A stretch of DNA of 64,000 bases, from the NCBI GenBank assembly GCA_965277715.1, contig OZ255836.1, positions 768,001 through 832,000 on the forward strand, given 5' to 3'. This document shows positions 31,537-40,104 of the stretch, in pieces. Within the stretch, counting starts at the first letter, position 1. Every line of letters starts with the position of its first letter. The position numbers and the translations under genes are program-made. The notes below the pieces were generated by a model that was given only the letters and a program-made list of their open reading frames with translations, was not told the origin of the DNA and did no database searches. Origin of the DNA: Gammaproteobacteria bacterium. GTDB taxonomy: Bacteria; Pseudomonadota; Gammaproteobacteria; JBCCGL01.

Positions 31537-32445
31537 ATGAATACGCAGCGACCACCACCACCGACAAAGCCAAAGCAGTTGATTAAGCCAATAGACTGGT
31601 TTGTTATTGTCTTTGTGCTGGCTGTTTCGGTGTTCGTTGTGTATCGCGTCGAGCATGTGTTGGTGTACACCTGGAACTGGCCGGTGGTGCTCGATTATGT
31701 GGTTAGCTGGGATGAGGAAACCCAATCGCTGGTGCCGAATTTACTCTTGAAAGGGATGTTTATGACCTTGCGGCTGGCATTTTGGGGCACTATCCTGGCC
31801 GCTGTTATCGGTATTTTAATGGGGCTGTGTCGCACCAGTAATAACCTGTTTTTGCGTACCCTGTCGCGTGTCTACGTCGAACTGATAAGGAATATCCCGC
31901 CGATTGTTTTTATTTTTGTGTTTTATTTTTTTATCAGCAGCCAGCTTACCCCGGTATTGGGTCTGGATGACTTTGCCCGCAATGCATCACCCACCGCTAC
32001 CTCGATTGTCGAATTTTTGTTTAGCCCTGCGGAATTATTCAGCAACTTTACCGCCGGTTTATTGTGCCTGGCGTTGTTTGAGGGCGCCTATATCACCGAG
32101 ATTGTACGGGCCGGTATCCAATCGATAGATAAAGGCCAATGGGAGGCATCCCGTGCGATTGGCTTAACGCGTTTTAATATACTGCGCGATGTTATTTTAC
32201 CGCAGGCATTAAAAAAGATTTTGCCGCCGCTGGCGGGCCAGTTTATTACGCTGGTAAAAGACTCCAGTATCGTTTCATTAATTTCAATCCAGGAACTGAC
32301 ATTTCTTACCCAGGATGTCGCCAATACCACGACACAGTTTTTTGAAGCCTGGATTTTGACCGGGTTTCTATATTTTATTGTTTGTTATCCGCTGGCCCTT
32401 TTGTTTGGGCGATTGGAGCGAAAACTTAAACGGGCGCCGGGGTAG
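31537..32445 (+). CDS. Polar amino acid ABC transporter permease
   Basis: YVELIRNIP, EIVRAGIQSIDKGQWEA, VKDSSIVS. Confidence 0.9.
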   Translation: MNTQRPPPPTKPKQLIKPIDWFVIVFVLAVSVFVVYRVEHVLVYTWNWPVVLDYVVSWDEETQSLVPNLLLKGMFMTLRLAFWGTILAAVIGILMGLCRTSNNLFLRTLSRVYVELIRNIPPIVFIFVFYFFISSQLTPVLGLDDFARNASPTATSIVEFLFSPAELFSNFTAGLLCLALFEGAYITEIVRAGIQSIDKGQWEASRAIGLTRFNILRDVILPQALKKILPPLAGQFITLVKDSSIVSLISIQELTFLTQDVANTTTQFFEAWILTGFLYFIVCYPLALLFGRLERKLKRAPG

Positions 32446-32488
32446 TTTTGAAGGGTGAAGGGTGAGTGGTGACGAATTGGGGAATTGT

Positions 32489-33286
32489 ATGAGTGATGTT
32501 GATAAGCACGGTGCGCCGAGTGGTTCGCCTAATGGTTTGTCTAAAAATGGCTCGCCTATATTGCAGCTCGAAGGTGTGGGTAAGTGGTTTGGCCAGTTTT
32601 GTGCGCTTTGGGATATTAATCTTGAGGTGACGGCAGGTGAGAAAGTGGTTGTCTGTGGGCCTTCCGGGTCGGGGAAGTCGACGATGATCCGCTGCGTTAA
32701 CCGGCTCGAAGAACACCAGGCGGGGGTCATCCGCATCGATGGTGTGGTGCTGGATGAGGATATGAAAAATATCGAAACGATTCGCCGTGAAGTCGGGATG
32801 GTTTTTCAGCATTTTAATCTGTTTCCCCATTTGACTATTTTGCAAAACCTTACCCTGGGGCCGATACGCAATTTGAATCAGTCCCGGCAGGAAGCGGAGT
32901 CGGTTGCCATGGAGTATTTAACCCTTGTCAGGATTGCCGAACAGGCACAAAAATATCCCAGCCAACTGTCCGGGGGGCAGCAACAGCGGGTGGCGATTGC
33001 GCGCGCGCTGTGTATGCGCCCCAAGATTATGTTATTTGACGAACCGACTTCGGCGCTCGACCCCGAAATGATTTCCGGGGTACTCGATGTGATGGTCGAG
33101 CTGGCGAAGGAGGGCATGACAATGGTGTGTGTCACCCATGAAATGGGGTTTGCCAAGGAAGTGGCCGATACCATGGTGTTTATGGATCACGGCGAAATTA
33201 TCGAGGTGGCACCGCCGGGCGAGTTTTTCTCGAACCCCAAAAATGATCGCACGCAATTGTTTTTGAGCCAGATTCTGTCGCATTGA
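32489..33286 (+). CDS. Polar amino acid ABC transporter ATPase
   Basis: [44 protein letters not shown]. Confidence 0.95.
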   Translation: MSDVDKHGAPSGSPNGLSKNGSPILQLEGVGKWFGQFCALWDINLEVTAGEKVVVCGPSGSGKSTMIRCVNRLEEHQAGVIRIDGVVLDEDMKNIETIRREVGMVFQHFNLFPHLTILQNLTLGPIRNLNQSRQEAESVAMEYLTLVRIAEQAQKYPSQLSGGQQQRVAIARALCMRPKIMLFDEPTSALDPEMISGVLDVMVELAKEGMTMVCVTHEMGFAKEVADTMVFMDHGEIIEVAPPGEFFSNPKNDRTQLFLSQILSH

Positions 33287-33410
33287 TAAAGCAGTGTTTT
33301 TATATCGATAACGTAAGCGTATACGAATAAGTAATAATGTCATTTGAATTTATATTTACGCTGTAGTGTGATGGCATTTCGTAGAAACTGAACAACCGAT
33401 ATTACTTTCC

Positions 33411-34664
33411 ATGCAACGTTATTCACTCTTTAGTCTGCTGCGCAATGCGGTTAACCATCACCGTGGCTGGCAGCGGGCGTGGCGTTCACCTGAGATAAAC
33501 CGTGAATACGACGTGGTGATTATCGGTGGCGGTGGGCACGGTCTTGCCAGTGCTTATTACCTGGCAAAAAACCACGGTATTAATAATATTGCGGTTATCG
33601 AAAAAGGCTGGCTGGGCGGTGGTAATACCGGGCGTAATACCGCTGTGATTCGCTCAAACTATCTGCGTGACGCCAGTATTAAATTTTTTGAAAAATCAGT
33701 TCAGCTCTACGAAACCCTGGGTCGCGAATTAAACTACAACATCATGTTCAGCCAGCGCAGTGAAGTCGATGTATTAATGACCTCGGCGAGTATGCGCGCC
33801 ATGCGCCGCCGCGCTTACAATACCGATTTACACGGTGTCGATTTTGATATTCTCTCGGCACAGGAAGTGCGCCGCCGCATCCCGATACTGGCACCGCTGG
33901 ATAACAGCCGGTTGTCGATTGTCGGCGGGACAGTGCAGGAGCGCGCCGGGATTGCCCGTCACGACGCCATCGCCTGGGGGTATGCGCGGGCGGCGGATGC
34001 ACACGGCGTGCATATTCATCAAAACACCGAAGTCATCGCCATCCGCCGGGGCGAACGCGGCGAGGTTAACGCCGTAGAGACCAATCGCGGGGTCATTAAA
34101 GCGAAAAAAGTGGCTATCGTGACCGGCGGTAATAACTACACTGTCGCGAAAATGGCGGGGCTTAAACTGCCCCTTAAAACCTACAACTTGCAGGCCTTTG
34201 TCTCCGAGCCGATTAAACCGGTGCTCGATGTCGTGGTGAACTGCCCCGATTTGGGTGTGTACCTCAGTCACTCAGACAAAGGGGAGCTGGTTATCGGCGG
34301 TGCCACCGACACACAACAGCAGTCCTATCGGCAGGGCGGCAAACTGCCGGTATTTGAGGATGCCGTTGCCGGTTTGTTGGAACTGTTTCCCACCTTTCGG
34401 CGCTTGAAACTACTGCGCCAGTGGGGCGGGGCGCTGGAATTTGCCCAAGACGCCAGCCCGATTGTCTCCACTACCGATATACCCGGCCTGTACGTCAGTG
34501 CCGGTTGGTGGGGGGGGTTTAAAGGCATTCCCGCCGGGGGTTACACGTTTGCCCACACCATCGCGCACAACGCACCCCACCCACTGAATGAACGCTACCG
34601 GCTCGACCGCTTTAAATCCCTGGACTACCTGCTCGAAGCGGGTACAACCGTGCCTAACCGGTAG
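33411..34664 (+). CDS. soxB: Heterotetrameric sarcosine oxidase-like beta subunit (divergent)
   Basis: GGGGHG FAD motif, GGNTGRNT..IRSNY, ARHDAIAWGYA, SDKGELVIG, GGFK. Confidence 0.85.
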   Translation: MQRYSLFSLLRNAVNHHRGWQRAWRSPEINREYDVVIIGGGGHGLASAYYLAKNHGINNIAVIEKGWLGGGNTGRNTAVIRSNYLRDASIKFFEKSVQLYETLGRELNYNIMFSQRSEVDVLMTSASMRAMRRRAYNTDLHGVDFDILSAQEVRRRIPILAPLDNSRLSIVGGTVQERAGIARHDAIAWGYARAADAHGVHIHQNTEVIAIRRGERGEVNAVETNRGVIKAKKVAIVTGGNNYTVAKMAGLKLPLKTYNLQAFVSEPIKPVLDVVVNCPDLGVYLSHSDKGELVIGGATDTQQQSYRQGGKLPVFEDAVAGLLELFPTFRRLKLLRQWGGALEFAQDASPIVSTTDIPGLYVSAGWWGGFKGIPAGGYTFAHTIAHNAPHPLNERYRLDRFKSLDYLLEAGTTVPNR

Positions 34665-34686
34665 GCTTGGATAGGGAGACTAAACG

Positions 34687-34935
34687 ATGTTGTTAATTCC
34701 CTGCCCCTGGTGTGGTGACCGTTCTGAAACAGAGTTTCGCTGCGGCGGTGAAGCCAAAGGCCCACGCCCCGACCCTGGCGATTACAGCGATCAACAGTGG
34801 GTCGATTATCTATGTGATGGCGGTAACCCGCGTGGTGTACTGGAGGAGATCTGGTGCCACGAGAAGGGCTGTGGCGAGTGGTTTCATTTGCACCGCAATA
34901 CATTAACCCATGCTATCGATAGCATTAAACCATGA
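34687..34935 (+). CDS. soxD: Sarcosine oxidase-like delta subunit
   Basis: IPCPWCG.R.E.EF..GGEA and W.H..GC..WF...RNT.TH zinc ligands. Confidence 0.9.
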   Translation: MLLIPCPWCGDRSETEFRCGGEAKGPRPDPGDYSDQQWVDYLCDGGNPRGVLEEIWCHEKGCGEWFHLHRNTLTHAIDSIKP

Positions 34936-37916
34936 CGACACAGGTAAACCGACTGCGCAGTGGCGGCCTGATCGACCGCAGTAAACCCATCGCGTTCACC
35001 TTTAATGGCCAACGCTTACAGGGCTTTGCCGGTGATACCCTGGCCTCGGCGCTGTTGGCAAACGGTATTGGCGTAATCTCCAGGAGTTTTAAATACCACC
35101 GGCGTCGCGGTATCCAGGGGGCAGGCGTTGAGGATGCCACCTCGATAGTACAAGTGTGCGGTGACAACGATGCGCCGAATATCCTCGCCACCCAGCAGCC
35201 CCTGTACGAGGGCCTGCAGGCGCGCAGCGTCAATTGCTGGCCCGGCGTTAATGTCGATTTTGGCGCTGTTATCCAGCTCGGCTCGGCATTGTTACCCTCT
35301 GGTTTTTACTACAAAACATTTATGTGGCCGCACTGGCACGCGTTTGAGCCATTTATTCGCAAGGCAGCGGGCTTTGGCACCGCCCCGCAAAACGTAGCCG
35401 GGAAACCCTATGAAAACCGCTTTGGCCATTGCGATGTATTGGTTGTCGGGGCTGGGCCGACAGGCCTCAGTGCCGCCCTGGCGGCAGCGCGCTCGGGGGC
35501 GCGGGTGTTGCTGGTGGATGAAAATCAACACCCTGGTGGCTGTCTGTTCGGGGGTGGCAACGAAATCGATGGTCTGCCAGCGATGAGCTGGGTGAGCCAG
35601 GCAATCGCAGAGCTGGATAGCTATCCCAACCTTGAACGCGTGAGCAATGCCACCGTGTGGGGTTACCATGAGGGCAATTTACTCACCCTGATCGAACGCT
35701 CACCACAACCGGCTGCGCTGGCGCAACGCAACCGGCGCGTATGGGCAAAGCGGGTAGTGCTGGCCAGCGGCGCAATCGAACGCCCGATTATTTTTGAAAA
35801 CAATGATCTGCCGGGCATCATGTTCAGCTCGGCAGTGCAGACGTATATCGGGCGGTATGCGGTATCGCCCGGTGAGCGTGCCGTGCTGTTTACCAATAAC
35901 GACTGCGCCTATGCGGCGATACCGGCCATGCACCGGGCCGGGATGACACTGGTGGCTGTAGTCGATGTGCGGGAAACGGTTGCAGCGCCGTTGCAGGCGC
36001 TTGTCGAAGAAGTCGGTGGGTCACTTTATACCCGGCATGCAGTCAGTAAAGCCTATGGTAGAAAACGCGTTAGCCGGGTGCGTATCACCGCCTTAACAAC
36101 ACCCTGTGAACAGATGCTCGACTGCGATTTGTTGTGTGTCTCCGGCGGTTGGAACCCGGCGGTGCACTTGCATTCACAAGCGCGTGGCAGCCTGCGGTTT
36201 GACGACACACTGGCCTGTTTCCGCCCGGATAAAATAGCCCAGTCGAATAGCTCAGCAGGCGGTGCCAACGGTGATTTCAGCCTTGAACACTGTGTGCAAA
36301 CCGGCTATGCCGCCGGAGTTGATGCGGCCCAATACAGCGGGTTTGACGGCAATGGCCAGAATTGTAATAGCCAGGATTACAATAACCGGGTACCAACCGT
36401 CACCAGCACGGGTATTGACAGCTACGCTATCCAGCCATTTTGGTGTGTGCAGCGTGACGACAAACGCTGCAAAGCCTTTGCCGATCTGGCGGGCGATGTG
36501 ACCGTCGCCGATTTACACCTGGCGGTACGCGAGGGCTACAGTGAAATCGAACACCTTAAGCGTTATACCACCGTGGGCATGGGCTTCGACCAGGGCAAAA
36601 CGGCCAACGTCAATACCATTGGCATTATTGCCGAACTTGCCGGTAAAGCGCTGCCTGAGGTCGGCACCACAACATTTCGCCCACCTTATTCACTGGTGGA
36701 GTTTGGGGCGATTGCCGGTAGTCGCAATGGCCTCTCAGTGTTGCCGTACCGGCATACCGCGATGACCACTGCCCACAAAGCCGCCGGGGCAGTGATGTTT
36801 GAAGCGGGCGCCCGTTGGCAGCGCCCCAGTTACTACCCCACCGCACCTGATGAAACCCTGCAGCAGGCTATGTACCGGGAAAGCCGCGCCGTGCGCGAGC
36901 GGGTGGCGATGTACGATGGCTCACCGCTGGGTAAATTTGAGTTAAAAGGCCCGGATGTCGTTGCGTTGCTTAACCTGGTTTACACCAATAACTGGGATAA
37001 CCTGGCGATTGGCCAGGGGCGCTACGCCCTGATGTTAAGTGAAGACGGTTTACTGTTTGACGACGGCGTTACCTTTCGTATTGACGCCACCCGCTACCTC
37101 ATGTCCGGTGCCACTGGCAATGCTCTGGCGTTACAGGCGAAGCTGGAGCGCCTGCTCAATGTTGAACGCGCTGATTTGCGGGTATTGGTCACACCGGTCA
37201 CCAGCCAATGGGCCAATGTGACGGTATGTGGCCCGCTGGCGCGTGATGTACTGGCGTCAATGGGTACAGATATTGACCTGTCACCGGCGGCATTCCCGTT
37301 TATGAGCTGTCGTGAGGGGCTGTTAGCGGGCCTGGCGGTGCGTATTTTCCGTGTCAGCTTCACCGGCGAGCTGAGTTTTGAAATCAACGTGCCGCGCCGT
37401 TATGGTGAAACCCTGTGGCACGCGGTCGCGGCGGCGGGGGCGGCGCATGGGATTTGCCCTATTGGCTCAGAGGCCAATCATCTGCTGCGGATTGAAAAGG
37501 GCTTTATATCCTTTGGTCACGAGGTGGATGGTGTCGTCGATCCCTACGACCTGGGCCTCGGTTGGTTAGTCCCGAAAACAAAAACAGACTTTATCGGCCA
37601 GCGTGCGATGGCGATACGCCGCGCCGGAAAACCACTGCGCCAGGAGCTGGTTGGCCTGTTGACGGAAAACCCCGATGAAGTGATCGCCGAAGGTGCGCCG
37701 ATTACTGTTGAGGGTGCCGCGATGGATTCCGAGGGGTTTGTCTCCGCTGCTATCTGGAGCGTGGTCAGGCAACGTTCGATTGCCTTGGGCTTGCTGAACA
37801 ATGGCCGGGCGCGCCACGGTGAAACGGTTTATGCACGGGTTAAAGGAAAAATCATCCCCGCTGTTGTTACCGCGCCGGTTTTTTACGATCCGTCCGGTGA
37901 ACGTTTGAGGATGTGA
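34932..37916 (+). CDS. soxA: Sarcosine oxidase-like alpha subunit
   Basis: GDTLASALLANG, SRSFKYHR.RG, VVGAGPTG, EHLKRYTT.GMG.DQGK, RVSFTGELSFEI (GcvT-like folate domain). Confidence 0.9.
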   Translation: MTTQVNRLRSGGLIDRSKPIAFTFNGQRLQGFAGDTLASALLANGIGVISRSFKYHRRRGIQGAGVEDATSIVQVCGDNDAPNILATQQPLYEGLQARSVNCWPGVNVDFGAVIQLGSALLPSGFYYKTFMWPHWHAFEPFIRKAAGFGTAPQNVAGKPYENRFGHCDVLVVGAGPTGLSAALAAARSGARVLLVDENQHPGGCLFGGGNEIDGLPAMSWVSQAIAELDSYPNLERVSNATVWGYHEGNLLTLIERSPQPAALAQRNRRVWAKRVVLASGAIERPIIFENNDLPGIMFSSAVQTYIGRYAVSPGERAVLFTNNDCAYAAIPAMHRAGMTLVAVVDVRETVAAPLQALVEEVGGSLYTRHAVSKAYGRKRVSRVRITALTTPCEQMLDCDLLCVSGGWNPAVHLHSQARGSLRFDDTLACFRPDKIAQSNSSAGGANGDFSLEHCVQTGYAAGVDAAQYSGFDGNGQNCNSQDYNNRVPTVTSTGIDSYAIQPFWCVQRDDKRCKAFADLAGDVTVADLHLAVREGYSEIEHLKRYTTVGMGFDQGKTANVNTIGIIAELAGKALPEVGTTTFRPPYSLVEFGAIAGSRNGLSVLPYRHTAMTTAHKAAGAVMFEAGARWQRPSYYPTAPDETLQQAMYRESRAVRERVAMYDGSPLGKFELKGPDVVALLNLVYTNNWDNLAIGQGRYALMLSEDGLLFDDGVTFRIDATRYLMSGATGNALALQAKLERLLNVERADLRVLVTPVTSQWANVTVCGPLARDVLASMGTDIDLSPAAFPFMSCREGLLAGLAVRIFRVSFTGELSFEINVPRRYGETLWHAVAAAGAAHGICPIGSEANHLLRIEKGFISFGHEVDGVVDPYDLGLGWLVPKTKTDFIGQRAMAIRRAGKPLRQELVGLLTENPDEVIAEGAPITVEGAAMDSEGFVSAAIWSVVRQRSIALGLLNNGRARHGETVYARVKGKIIPAVVTAPVFYDPSGERLRM

Positions 37917-38425
37917 TGACTTATCGGGTAACTATAGAACCCCTTGTGCTGAGTGCCCTGTTCGATGTGCGCGGTGACCGGGAAAGCCTGGCAGCGCTCT
38001 TTAGTGCGGTCGATCTACCATTGCCGGAAACCGTAAATAGCGTATTGCAAACAGCCTCTACCCGCGTATTGCGGGTCGGCCCCAGGCGTTGCCTGATTCA
38101 GGCTGACATAGAAAACGAAGCGGCTTTGCAAGTGACACTCAAAGGGGCGAGTGAACCACTGTTCGCCAATGCCACCTGTGTATCGGATATGTACCACGCC
38201 CTGCGGATACGGGGTGAAGATGCCGCCGATGTGCTGGCACAGATTACCCCACTGGATTTTTGCCGTTTAGGCCCAGGCTCGGCAACCGCGTGTGAATTGT
38301 TTACCACGGCGGGTTTTCTGTTCAAAAACGCCGAACAGGATTTTACCCTCTACTTTGATAGCAGTTATTTCGACTACGCCTTACAGCGGGTTAAAAAATG
38401 TGCATTGGTCTATATCGATGAATGA
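37913..38425 (+). CDS. soxG: Sarcosine oxidase-like gamma subunit
   Basis: Size, position, LFDVRG, VGP, VSD...LRIRGE.A.DVLA, SYFDY. Confidence 0.75.
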   Translation: MMTYRVTIEPLVLSALFDVRGDRESLAALFSAVDLPLPETVNSVLQTASTRVLRVGPRRCLIQADIENEAALQVTLKGASEPLFANATCVSDMYHALRIRGEDAADVLAQITPLDFCRLGPGSATACELFTTAGFLFKNAEQDFTLYFDSSYFDYALQRVKKCALVYIDE

Positions 38426-39458
38426 AGAGAAATCCTTATTCCTAAAAAACACCTGGTATGTTGTTGCGCATAGCAACGCGATTAACCGCACACTCAAAGC
38501 GTTGAAAATCCTGGGTGAAAACATCGTATTTTACCGGGATACGCAAGGCAAACCAGTAGCCCTGGAAGATGCCTGCCCGCACCGCAAGCTGCCGTTATCG
38601 ATGGGGGCTTTGCAGGGGGATACGGTGCAGTGCGGTTACCACGGGCTGACTTTTGATTGCAGCGGTAGCTGTGTGAATGCACCCACGCAAAACAAAATTC
38701 CGGTCAATGCCAGAGTGCGCAGCTACCCGGTTGTCGACAAATATAAACTGCTGTGGATATGGATGGGGGATACGGCACAGGTCGATGAAAATAAAATCCT
38801 GCACGTACCGGATTACGATGACCCCACCTGGGGGTTGACCGATGGCGGCATGTTGCAATGTCAGTGTCACTACTTATATTTGATGGACAACCTGCTCGAC
38901 CCATCACACGTCGCCTGGGTTCACGCCACCTCATTTGCCTCAGAAGGCACCGAGAATTCCCCACTGGATATTGTCGGGGATGAGGCAGGTGTGACTGTCT
39001 CACGCTGGATAAAGGACATCCTACCACCGCCTTATTACGCCGATAGGCTGACGTTCAAAGGCAAAACAGACCGCTTACAATACTACCAGGCCGTCCTGCC
39101 CTCGACGGCAATCAACATGAGCACCTACACCCCCAGCGGCACAGGTGGGGCTGAGCGGGTACTCCCGGCTAACGCATACTGTATGCGCTCCTACCACTTT
39201 CTGACGCCAATAGATGAAAACAACACCCGCTACCACTGGTTTCAGCATTTCAACACCGATACAGACAACCCTGCGGTTAAGGAAAAACTTAACGAAGGTG
39301 CCCGCGCCGCTTTTGAAGAGGATCGTGTCGTGCTCGAAGCGGTGCACCGTGGTATGCACGGTAAACAAACACCTAATATCGACTTGCGACTGGATGCGGG
39401 GGCACGCATTTTCCGTAAAAAACTAAAGGGGTTATTAGCAAGCGAAGCGGTTGATTAA
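38418..39458 (+). CDS. Rieske non-heme iron oxygenase alpha subunit, VanA-like demethylase family
   Basis: CPHR...CGYHG Rieske ligands, DNLLDPSHVAWVH iron site, AFEEDR; ATG at 38418 overlaps the soxG end. Confidence 0.9.
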   Translation: MNEEKSLFLKNTWYVVAHSNAINRTLKALKILGENIVFYRDTQGKPVALEDACPHRKLPLSMGALQGDTVQCGYHGLTFDCSGSCVNAPTQNKIPVNARVRSYPVVDKYKLLWIWMGDTAQVDENKILHVPDYDDPTWGLTDGGMLQCQCHYLYLMDNLLDPSHVAWVHATSFASEGTENSPLDIVGDEAGVTVSRWIKDILPPPYYADRLTFKGKTDRLQYYQAVLPSTAINMSTYTPSGTGGAERVLPANAYCMRSYHFLTPIDENNTRYHWFQHFNTDTDNPAVKEKLNEGARAAFEEDRVVLEAVHRGMHGKQTPNIDLRLDAGARIFRKKLKGLLASEAVD

Positions 39459-39832
39459 TCAAACGGTGGCACCCGTGCAATAAAATGTCCTTTGATACCC
39501 TGTGGCCAGGTTTTGTAGGGCACCTGCCCGGTTTCTGACTGTAGGTATTTTTCAAAATAATCGACTATCGCCCCGGCACTTTCGTCGTTTGGGGCGAACC
39601 CCCCCGTGACATAACAGATCTTGCCAGCCGCACGAAAGTGTAAATTACAGTGATGGTCACACCCCATCAGGCAGCGCGTGGTGCGAATCTCGAAGGCGTC
39701 GGCATATGGGCTGTCTGCTGCCAGTGAGGCGATTTTATCGTGCAGTACCTGGCCACCGCTTTGGCCGTGTTCATTCAGCGCTTCCGCCTCGCTGAAGCGG
39801 CACGTCTCGCATACATAAATACAGGGTTTCAC
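39455..39832 (-). CDS. DUF1636-like Cys-rich metal-binding protein
   Basis: IYVCETC, CLMGCDHHC, A.GK..YV.G.F, G.VPYK.WP..IKGHFIARVPP. Confidence 0.75.
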   Translation of the reverse strand: MKPCIYVCETCRFSEAEALNEHGQSGGQVLHDKIASLAADSPYADAFEIRTTRCLMGCDHHCNLHFRAAGKICYVTGGFAPNDESAGAIVDYFEKYLQSETGQVPYKTWPQGIKGHFIARVPPFD

Positions 39833-40104
39833 TCATGCTCCGCAGGTAATGTCTGGATATTGATGGTAACCGTGGCGCCGTTGTTAGTACAACATACAAT
39901 TATTCGGTCTGAATGAAGACCGCTATTGTCGGAGCATTCTGTTTTATTGTGGAAAACTGGATGTGGCGCCAGGTTTCTGAGCAGTATTTCACAATAATTG
40001 ATGTCTTCTCCGTTTTTTGAGAACTTGCATTTACAGCACCGAAAAATTAGGCTAGCTTGCCGGGTAATTGATATTTTTTAAACGCTATTGCTGCCGGAAT
40101 ATAT

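Noticed and set aside
39833-40104. Cobalamin riboswitch (before the DUF1636-like gene) or c-di-GMP riboswitch (before the adhesin)
   Set aside because: Only fragmentary resemblance; the core motifs are missing. An Infernal scan would settle it
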